A stretch of 64,000 bases of DNA from Felis catus. Its lineage: Eukaryota. The stretch spans positions 108,998,001 through 109,062,000 of the forward strand of contig NC_058373.1 of NCBI RefSeq assembly GCF_018350175.1, read 5' to 3'. A program made the position numbers and the translations under genes. Positions 52,757-64,000 of the stretch are shown here, in pieces. Below the pieces are notes generated by a model. It was not told the origin of the DNA, ran no database searches, and saw only the letters and a program-made list of their open reading frames with translations. Numbering within the stretch: the stretch's first letter is position 1; the number at the start of each line of letters is the position of its first letter.

Positions 52757-52977
52757 TTTTAAATCTCAGTATTTTTTTAACATTTATTCATTTTTGAGAG
52801 TGAGAGAGAGCATGAGCAGGGGAGGGGCAGAGAGAGAGGGAGACACAGAATCAGAAGCAGGCTTCAGGCTCTGAGCTGTCAGCACAGAGCCTAATGCAGG
52901 GCTCTAAGTCATGAACTGGGAGATCATGACCTGAGCCGAAGTCAGACGCTCAACTGACTGAGCCACCCAGGCACCCC
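52757..52977 (-). mobile_element. CanSINE with TSD
   Basis: TSD ttaaggaaaatatttt at 52741-52756 and 52979-52994. Confidence 0.97.
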
Positions 52978-53699
52978 ATTAAGGAAAATATTTTATTGAA
53001 GATCTAAATTTCACAGAAAAGACGTATGAAAAGCCCAAAAATGTGTCTCTTTTAATGAGAATAGGTCTGTAGCTTTCCTGTTAAAACTGTATTTTCCATA
53101 ATTCATGTATGGGTACTAGAAACATCTCGTATAAGCACTGTTTTACTTAAGGATGAGAAAACCTGATATTAAAGGAGAATTTATGCAACACAGTATGTTT
53201 GAATTTATTACTTGCTCAAGTCCTAGGATTGCATTAGGTTTTATAATTCACATTATTTATTGTTTAAAGAGCTTTTGACATCCACATGTCTCCTTTTGCT
53301 TGTCTAGTGATGTGCCAGTGAGAAAAACAAGCTATAACTATAGGAAGGTGTAGGTTATAGTTTGGTTTCTGTTCAAATAACTCTCTTTTCCTCTTTATAG
53401 ATTTGTTCCGGAGATGCAAGTGCAAATCCCATGAGCTTATGTAGCCTGGCACTACTAACCTATTTAAAACCTGACTCTGTTTTTGTTTGGATTGTGTAGT
53501 CCCACATACATCACCTCTTGGTTTGTCTTCCTGAACCAATAAGAACAACTTTTCTTATAATGTCAACTCAATCTATATCAACCCTCTAAAAAGATCATAT
53601 ATGTCGTTCCCATTTTGAAGAGTTTTTATTATCTGAGCTGCTAACAACATGTAAGTTGTAAGTACAAAGTTTACACCGAGAGAAAGTGTGTTGAAAATA

Positions 53700-53705
53700 T
53701 TTATT
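53700..53705 (-). terminator. Candidate polyadenylation signal AATAAA
   Basis: Minus strand: ...tatgtattctacacatatgtaAATAAAtattttcaacacactttctctcggtgtaaactttgtac. Upstream UGUA motifs, CA dinucleotides, and U/GU-rich sequence downstream. Confidence 0.5.
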
Positions 53706-54924
53706 TACATATGTGTAGAATACATATGTAATGCAACTGTGATTTGGAATGCCATGGGCCTATCACAGAGTGGATACAAATATAAGTGTTATCAACTATT
53801 TAGCAAATAAATAAAAAACATTAGAATGGATAGTAAAAAGTCATGGTTAATAATGAATGTTCCACATAAATCTCTTTTAATATTTCTTAAATATATTGGG
53901 CATTTATAATGAACCTTTCTTTAACTTGAGAAATTGTGTCTGCTTTCAAAAAAATGCCTAATTCCCATTTTGTTATAACAGTTTTTAAATTCTGGTGTAA
54001 CAGAAAAATTAAAAAACCCTGTAAGAGATCTAAATGTCTCGGTGTGTAAGATGTTTCCCCTTTGTTACTATGTGCTCTTGGTATTTTCTTTACCCAAAGG
54101 GTCACCACCAATGGAGTGACTTCAGGCTTGAGTGTATTCTTTAGGATACAAGACTATCTTTGTAGAATGAACAAATGTTAACAAAATGAATCTCATTCTC
54201 AAAAATAAAATGTTTACATGTTATAAATGGATTCCTAGAGTTACCAATATTACTAATCATGTATTATAACTTTTTAAGTTAGAACACTAATTTAGGTCAC
54301 AATAACATGAGTATTTTTAAGTGTAATTCAAATGATTTTCCTTTTTTTTTTTTTTGACCTTTTTTTTTCCAGTTCAAGATACACATTGAAAAATCAATTG
54401 GTCATTGGAAAGGATTCTTTTACAATTAAGAATTTCATTGTAAGAATATCTGCCCACGTGGAGCCATGTGTCTTAAGTAAGTCATGATTGTTTTTATACA
54501 AAACCGAAAGATGAACTGCTCTGTATCTTGAATACTCAACAATTTTTTTTTTTACTTTTTCTCACAAGAATGAGAATTTCTGCTGAGCACTATGATTAAA
54601 TAGAATAAACAAAATCATAATATTTACATGTATTTTTCTCTTCTTTCTCTTTCTCTCTTCTCACAAGACATTCACTCCTTCCATGTTTATTTAATAGTTC
54701 TAAATTCCCAGATAATTCTCAAGTCTTTTGCTCACATGCCAATGACTGATAATTATTTAGCCATCAGTGTATTTCCCCACCGACTTCTGACAAGAGACAC
54801 CTCTTCTAAACCCTAGAAAAAGATTTAGAGAGTCCACCTCAGCTGATCTTCTATGAAAGAAAGAAGCAATTAATAATTTATCTTAATGTGATTTTCGTTT
54901 GAGAGGAAGATGATTTGCCACCGA

Positions 54925-55095
54925 CCTAACATCATCTTGATATAAGAACGGAGCAGTTCTTATCTTCATTTTATTATTTATTGGTGGGGAAATTGAAGCC
55001 CAGATACACCAGAGAACAGTTAATTGGCCTGAAGTTACACTACAATTGTGGCAAAGCTAGATTCAGAATCCAAGATGGAGCTCAGATACTAATCC
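54925..55095 (-). mobile_element. MIR fragment within the putative 3' UTR
   Basis: ttatcttcatttt...ggggaaattgaagcccaga...ttaattggcctgaagttacac...gtggcaaagctagattcagaatcca. Confidence 0.65.
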
Positions 55096-58000
55096 TAGGA
55101 TGTTTTCCAAAAGATTGTTCTTTCTTCTCTCCCTTGCCATCAAGACCGCAAGAGAAATATTCTTATATGTAACAAAATATGAAAACACAACATTCACATA
55201 ATTATAAAATATCCATAAAGTTATCCATGTATGTTATGTACATTCTAGATAAATTGTCTCATTACCTACATAAAATTTTGGAAAAGAGACAGATAAAATA
55301 GCTTAAAAGATAAAAATTATACAAGATAGTAGAATTCATTAGGAATATGACACATAATTTCACCAGTACCAACCACTGCACACTTTTAAAAACAGTCACT
55401 GCTCTGAAGACTATTTTTTTTTAAGTTTTCTAAAAGAATTTAGTAATTTAAAATGGAACAGTAAATGGGCCAGATCTCAGGAGAACAAAATCTCCTTAAA
55501 TTCATAGAAAGTTGTGATTTGCATTTGGGCTCCAATAGGATGAATTTGCAAAATGGCGTTTTTGTTAGTGGTCATAATTAATATTCTTGTTAGAGCTCTA
55601 GGAACTCCAGGAGTATATATTTGTTCTTAAAAGCGGCTTAAAATCCCAAATTTTCAAACTCTCTTGCTCTGGTCTACATACAGTTTTTTTCACTGAGCAC
55701 ATAGGACAATTGTACATATCTGTACAATGTAAGTACAGGTACCTGTACTTCATGTGAGATGAAACTGGTGTCATGATAAAAATCTTCCATTTTAACAATG
55801 AAGTATATGTCTCTCTTCGACATCTATGCCCAAACCATTCGAAGTACTATTTACGTCATTGTGGGACACTAGTAGCTTTGGTATTGTCATCTGCCTTTCG
55901 TGTGCCTATTTTCTTTTTATCATAAGCTCTTGTATCTACTAGACCATAGTGCAATAATATCCCAATACAGACTGACAAAACTTGTCCTTATGATGCACAG
56001 CTCACATTTCTATTTTTGTTTGGCTTTCGCTATTACATTACAACCACCTGTCCAGGGTACAGCATCTGATCTTATATATTATCATAGAAAAATACTGAAG
56101 GTATGTAAGTTGCTTTGAAAAATGTTTGGATTTTCAATACGTATCTATTTACTCCTATTAATACATTGTTCAGAAATATAATAATAAAAATTTTATTCTG
56201 GATGCACTGAAAGCATCTATACAGTGTAAGAATAAAACATGCAGTCATCTGGTCCCCCAAAAGAGAATCTCCTGTCTATGTGCTGGCTGAGGCAACACAG
56301 AACATGACTATGTCACGATTGCACTTATTAAAGCACGTGTTCACCCTTCATTCAAGTCTGAGTAAGTTCACCTGGTAAGAATTGCAGAATCTGGGAACCG
56401 AAAAGACTACTCTATATACAGTGTTTGCTGAACACATGCATTTCTGCTGGAAACAGCAGAGTGCATTCAGCACCTCATCATGTCATGCACATAGGGACAG
56501 AGGGGACTGGAGAAGAGTGCGTGATAACTGCACCATAAACAAGCAACTGACACATTTTAACCCTTTGTGACAACCTCGAATAGGTCAAAAGCACGTTTCT
56601 TTCCCACGGATACAAACAATAATATTGTTCGTCGACTGAGTCAATGGCAGAACACAGCAAATATTTGCACCACTAATAGGCAAAGGCATGGATTGCAGCT
56701 TCAAACTACCCTGCTGTTTTAGTCATTCTGATATAGTTTTACACCAGTGGTGATTTTTGAAGCACGTGGCTAAAGCTTGACCATTTCTGTACTTAGGTTA
56801 TGCTTACTATTCATTCACCTCTAAAAGGTTAACCAGGCTTGTGTCGTACATGGTTAAATAGAACATTACCCTGCAATTCAATAAATGTCAGAGGTCAAGA
56901 AAAAGGACCCTCCTCGCCATGAAAGCAACTAAGTCTCAATTTCAAGGCTGATTCCTTTTACTGTGATTACCTCATTTTCTTGTGCCTGTGGCAGGTAGAT
57001 GTCTTAGCATTGCCTGGAGACCTGCTCCCCTGCAAACTTCCATGATGAGTAATGGAAGTCGTGGGCACAGAGAAGGGGAAATGGAGCCCCTGGCACATCA
57101 CATCTGTTCTGAGACTCCTGGATTAAAGAGGCACATCTTGTGGGCATGTGAAGAAGCTCTAATAGATATTCTAAAATATCCCTTGTTTTTACAAGTTACT
57201 TGGTTCTGCACTTCTCCGGTCTGATTGTGATAACCTGTCTTTCAGTTCTGGTGGTTTTGTTTGGGGATGCTGAGAGATCATTAGAAAAGCTCATAAAAAT
57301 GGCAACAATAGGTCAAAATATCTCCTTTGATTTTGCTGTCATCTGGTGTATATTGTGAATGTATATGTACAGATGGTCCAATAATGTACAGATTCCTGGA
57401 ATATATTTTCAACGTGATGCAAACAATAACTTCCCTGTTCCCACAATTAGATGTCATGCATGCACCAATTTAAAAGTATGCCTCTTTGATCAACTTCATA
57501 ACATAGACTTTAGTCAAAAGAAAAAAATCTTCTGGGTTCTTACAAATGAACATCTATTTTATTCTCAATACATACCACTTAAGGGACTGGCTATACACAA
57601 CTGTTTGTGACTTTTTTTTTTTTTAGTTGATAATAGGCACTTTCTAGGAAGAGGATTTATAACTCAAAAGACTCTGAAATTCAGTCTTTAGTAACCCCCT
57701 TTCATAAATGGATCTGCCTGAGCCACAGCAGTCTACTGTATCAACTCAGCAGGAGTCCTGCAGTAGAACTGTGTGCAAAAAAGCTTTAGAAAATTGTAAC
57801 CAGAATAAAATTATAGAAAAGCAGTTATCTGAACTGAGCAACTTAACATCTACTTGTTAGTGTTTTTTTGTCACCATGTTTCATATGTTATCCCTATAAA
57901 CATGAACAATTCTGTACCTGTTTCATCTTAAGTTACAGATATGCTACAAAATATTGTCTATCTGCTTACATTCTTTTTTTATTTTATGTCATTATAGTTA

Positions 58001-58968
58001 AAATTTTGATATGAGTACTTAGATGTGTTTTGTTTGTTTCTTTGCTAAGAGCCTTTCAACTTCACCTTTGAACAAGTTTTAGAAGTACAAATTTAGAACA
58101 CTCATCACATTTGGAAAACCAGCATCGCTAACATGAATTGTTAAAAGGCCCCTTTTACCCTGTGGTGCAGTTTTTCTATAATAATATACACTATATTAAT
58201 AGTTTCGTATTTATGGGGTTGGTAAAATCAGCTTACAAGATGGCAGCTGTTCTCCAAGACGGAGGGAGGAGGGATTTCCTTACATAAGCGTTAATGATTA
58301 CTATCTAAGTATAGTGTTAAAAAAGGAGAGGTATAGTTGAGCAGAAATGCAATTCATGCACAAAACTCATAGCAATACGTTCTCAGCGTCCCCCACTGCT
58401 ATCTGATTTAGGCAACAAAACAGTCATTTTGATGGAGCAGACACTGCCTGTTGGGGAAAATAACCTAACACTAAGTTACAGAAAAATATCCTATGAAAAG
58501 AGATTATAAAACGGTACCGACGGTCTAAAAGGGCGAACTCTCCCTTGGCATTAATCCAGAATTTTAACTTAACAGAACAGTGAGAAAATGACAGCTCGAT
58601 ATACTCAGCCTGAGATCAAATTTGTCATGGCAACATTGGCAGGTTGGACCCTGATTCTTCAAATATTACATTGCCTTGGTTAGCAAAAATCATACTTTTT
58701 TTGTATTAGAATAGAGATTATAAATAAATGTAAAGTGTGCATGCAGTCAACTGCATAATATACAAGCAATATCTATGTTTTAAATAATCATCTTCTTTGG
58801 CAGGCCAGAATCCAGCTGGACATGCAGTATTTACATATCAAAATCCATATGGTTTCATCATATTGAAAGCAAGTGAAAATATATATATGTATATACTGTA
58901 TATACACATGTATGTATATAGATGTATATACTGTTTTTAATATATTAACAAATATATATGTATATATA

Positions 58969-60075
<1,107 letters not shown>

Positions 60076-60469
60076 TTAACAGATGCGATACACTTAAGAC
60101 TCAACATAGGAGCACTGACCAAGCTTACTTAGCTTATTTAGTCCTACTCCCTTGCATACGGAAGGGGGAATGTAATAGCTGAATAGAGATGCCTGCTGTT
60201 TAGTTTATACTCCCATTTAATAGAAAATAGGTAAATATATATGTTAGTCTATCATATGTGTGTATGCATACGCGTGTAAGGAACTATATTAAATTTCCTT
60301 ACAATGCATCATTATTTTTTGTATGTTTCCTTTCATATGTGAATATATTCAAGACCATTTTTAATAACATCCTCTGCTTAGGGGGTCAAATTATGAGTTC
60401 TAGGCTATATAAAAGTACCAAAACATTAGTTTACTAGCATAGCACCTATGTGGGGTGAGAGGAGGGATT

Positions 60470-60570
60470 AAATTTATTTATGTGGCTCCAGAGGGCAGAA
60501 CTAGGATCTGTAAGGAAAGTTCCTGAGAGACAAATACCAATTCAATACAGACTTCATTTCAAACTGCTAT
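60470..60570 (+). mobile_element. L3/CR1 fragment
   Basis: tgtggctccagagggcagaactaggat...gaaagttcctgagagacaaat...ttcaata resembles the CR1/L3 3' region. Confidence 0.65.
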
Positions 60571-60888
60571 CTATTCACAGAATAAACTGCCTTGAACACT
60601 CGTGAACCTCAACACCACTAAAATATCCAAACAGAAGTAAGGATGTTGTCCATGTAATACTGTCACCGGTGGGAGATTGGACTCTTCAGATTTCAATATT
60701 CTTAAAGTTTGTTTTTCATTGTTAGTATTCATTTTTCCCTTATCATTATTACAACCTACATACAGGATCTTCTTACCTTTTGAAGTATTATAAACAATTT
60801 TAGCATAAAGTGTTTCTCCCACTCAGACTTCAGTTGGTTGCCTCAGACCTAAGTATCATTAACCTTTTTCTGTGCGCATTTCCAGAAG

Positions 60889-61418
60889 GTTTTTTTTTTT
60901 ATTAAGTTTTTAAATTCCAGTATAGTTAATGTAAAATGTTCTGTTAGTTTCAGGTGTACAATGTAGTGACTTGGCAATTGTATACATTGCTCAGTCATCA
61001 TGACTAGTGCCCTCCTTAATCCCCATCCCCTACCCACTTCCCCTTGGGAACTGTCTGTTTGTTCTCTGTAGTTAAAGTCGGTTTCTAGGTTCGTCTCTCT
61101 CTGTCTCTCTCTTTTCCTTTGTTTGTTTTGTTTCTTAAATTCCACATATGAGTGAAACCATATGGTATTTGTCTTTCTCTGACTGACTTATTTTGCTTTA
61201 TACTCTCTAGCTCCATCCATGTTGTTGCAAATGGCAAGATTTCATGCTTTTTTTATGGCAGAATGATATTTTACTGTATAGATATATCACATCTTTATCC
61301 ATTCATCAGTCGATGGACACTTGGGCTGCTTTCATAATTTGGCTATTGTAAATAATGCTGCAATAAACAGGGGTGCATGTATCCTTTGAATTAGTTTTTT
61401 TTGTATTTTGAGGTAAAT
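60889..61418 (-). mobile_element. Carnivore L1 3' end (intronic)
   Basis: T tail; ttcttaaattccacatatgagtgaaaccatatggtatttgtctttctctgactgacttattt; ccatccatgttgttgcaaatggcaagatttca. Confidence 0.93.
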
Positions 61419-61694
61419 TTTAAATATAGAATTAAATACATAGTTAATGTGCTATTTGATAGGTAACCACAAATAAGTTAGCATAAATTTCATTTAAAAT
61501 GTCTTCCGAAAATAATACTGGGAAGAATGTGTAACTCCATCAAGAGAAGTAAAAATGGTCACCTGTAAGAAATTACCACTTATATTATCAGAATTAGAAG
61601 TGAATTTAATGAGTGTGAGATTTTTTGCTCAGGTTCCTTCCGAAGAACAAAATAACTGCAGATGAGGTCTGTAAGAAAAATCCAGAAGGGAGTT

Positions 61695-61850
61695 ATAGTA
61701 GATACAGTGCTCTCAGAATCAGACAATTTTATGGGGCTGGCAAAATTACTTACCTCATCACCCTCTCTCATTAACTTATTGGTTAGATTAGAGATCTATG
61801 TGAAGTACACGGCATATAGTAGACACTCAAAATATTCTGGTTATATCCAT
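61695..61850 (+). mobile_element. MIR fragment
   Basis: cagtgctctcagaatcagac...ggttagattaga...atgtgaagtacacggcatatagtagacactcaaaata. Confidence 0.55.
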
Positions 61851-64000
61851 TGAACTCTCATAAAATCCTGTATATTTGAAACCATTTCCATTACCACTTG
61901 AAGCTTCCAGAGTAACATACAAACATTGATTTATACTAGAAACCAATACTACTGATGGTCACTGTGAACAGAAAAGTCAGGGAGATAGAATTCTCTAAGA
62001 GCATACTTTCTAAATTGAAATTGATGCACTAGATACAGCTTATCAAGTGGTAATAATCTGTATTTTAAAGTAAATATTCTCTAAATTCAATAACTGTCTA
62101 TAAAGACCAGTATATTTTTCCCTCTCTAGTGGCACATGAAATTGGGTCTTTTTGAATGATGTAATACTAATCTGAAAGCCTGACATCAAAGCTCTCGCAG
62201 TTTAATTGAAAGTTTTTCAAAGGGTTGACATATTTCTTATGCTCCCTAAGTAAACAGAGCTTATGCTGACCCTTCAAGATACTAACACTCTTTAGGATGA
62301 GATAGATCCAAACATGGAAACACAAATACCACATTCTGATTTCATCCCATTTCATTGAAAATGTGCTGAATTTCATTTCAGGAACTGACATGAGGGGACA
62401 AATGTGAATGACTGGCCACATCCTCCTTCCCACTCAACTCTGATCTTTTGGTTTGTTTTTATAAAGGTAATTCCTTAGCCTTTAGCCATAGCCTTCATGC
62501 AATGTAATAACTGAGAGTCACCTTCACATTTGCAATAAAAAGATCTACTTCAGACTCTCAACGAGGGAAGGGAGGTAAATCGCACATGAGGGTGTTAGAT
62601 GAAATACAGGGCCTCCATGCAGTATTTGGGACACACTAATACTGAAAAGTCATACATCATTTATCTGAATGGGACATATTGACGTTTTAAAACATACTCA
62701 TTGTTTACCTGAAATTTAAATTTAACTGCATGCCCTGTGCTTTTGTTTGCTGAATTCAGCAACGCTATTGATATGTAATAGACAAAAACATTACTATCTC
62801 TGTAGTGTCCATGTGTACTGCTGTGTGAAATTCACAGTTTTTAGAAATTACAATGAAATATTTGGTGTCCCTGGAACTGAGAATCTGGTGGCATCTTATT
62901 TGTTGGCTGTATGTTTTAAAATTTCAATATGATGGCTAATGATTGCTTACGATTATTGTGTGCTTAGCAAGTTTAGAATGCTTAGTGATTTAAGCCCATG
63001 TAAAACATCAACAAAATAAGCCTTTTGCAGCTTCCCTGACCACCAGCTGGCCCCTCCACACAAACCGAGGACAAAGTGTCTGGACTCCTACTGTTAATCT
63101 GAGAACAGAGACTCTAAATGCCAAACTACGTTGTACAAAGAGAGTCCTGTCACAGAGCCAGGCTGCTGGTCTGCATCAGGGGACAAATGAGATAGAACAA
63201 GGTTGTGGATTTTGCCACTATGAACATATAAAAGAAACTGAGAAAGAGAAAGAATAGAGGTTTGGGATATTAGCATCTGAAGTGCTGCACGTTGCACCTT
63301 TCCCTCCATCTCCCCCCCCCCCCCCCACTCCAGGGAGATAGGAGAGGACAAGGAACTAGACGTAGGCCCTTGAGCTTTAGGGGTACTTGGAAACATTGAG
63401 ATAGGCCCTAACTTCTCTGCTGGAGTTTGCAGAGCAGCAGGACCCACACGTTCGCTCTCTGGAGCCAACCAACATGCTGGAAAAAAGCATACACCCTCTT
63501 TGTTTCTGCCCATACTTCTGTGTGCCTGGATGGGCATGGCTAGGATCCCGGTGGGCCCGGGAACTAGAGTAGGTAGACGACTGTTATCTCAGCCCCATGG
63601 AAGCCAGATGAGGTGAAGATACTCCATGAGGTGGGAGAAGTTACAGCACTCTGTAGAACACTTGCTGCCAGGACCTTTCAGACCATTAAATATGCCACAC
63701 AATAAATAGTGCCCAGTAGTTGGGTGTGGCCAGCTGACAAGGCCAACGCTCTGAGGAGTGACCACAAGCCCGCCAGATCTCACAGACAAGCCCTGGGTGC
63801 TGAAGTGGAGCCCCCTACCCTTTGCATCAGGCCCACAGGCAATCATGAGCCCAGGGAAAGTAGAAACAGGTGCAGAAGGAAGGCTGGGAAGAGAGGGTCA
63901 TGAGGAAATTTCTTACCCAAGCTACAGAATTTGAGCTGGAATCAAACTCAAAACAGTAATACTTGGATTTGATCAACTACTTAACCATAACCAGGCTTTT

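Larger units (their letters stand above)
53690..58968 (-). other. KCNH5: Putative KCNH5 3' UTR (3' end uncertain; may extend toward ~46.8 kb)
   Basis: AT-rich, nearly repeat-free sequence directly after the stop codon, with several UGUAHAUA motifs and an AATAAA in good context at 53700-53705. Confidence 0.65.

Noticed and set aside
56466..56500. REST/RE1 half-sites ttcagcacc ... ggacag
   Set aside because: The halves are 20 nt apart, well outside canonical RE1 spacing.
60482..60498. CTCF-like ggctccagagggcag
   Set aside because: Partial match only, and explained as part of an L3/CR1 fragment.

Overview
Mammalian genomic DNA, almost certainly from a felid, judging by its many cat-type tRNA-derived CanSINE/SINEC_Fc elements and carnivore-type L1 3' ends. 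The only protein-coding sequence I can support is the terminal coding exon of KCNH5 (EAG2/Kv10.2 voltage-gated K+ channel) on the minus strand (58969-59916). Part of its last intron lies upstream (59917-64000), and a long AT-rich putative 3' UTR runs down to ~53.7 kb or possibly ~46.8 kb. The rest (1 to ~46 kb) is downstream intergenic DNA filled with SINEs, L1/L2/MIR fragments, LTRs, DNA-transposon fossils and microsatellites. All other ORFs in the track look spurious. I see no novel multi-gene system. The most interesting observations are: a ~150 bp local templated duplication dropped into a (TA)n/(GA)n microsatellite; an inverted SINE pair and a strand-biased set of Pumilio elements in the KCNH5 3' region; several candidate poly(A) sites; a DSG degron-like motif in the channel C-terminus; and cleanly resolvable nested transposon insertions. 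Repeat family names come from recalled consensus similarity, not from a database search.
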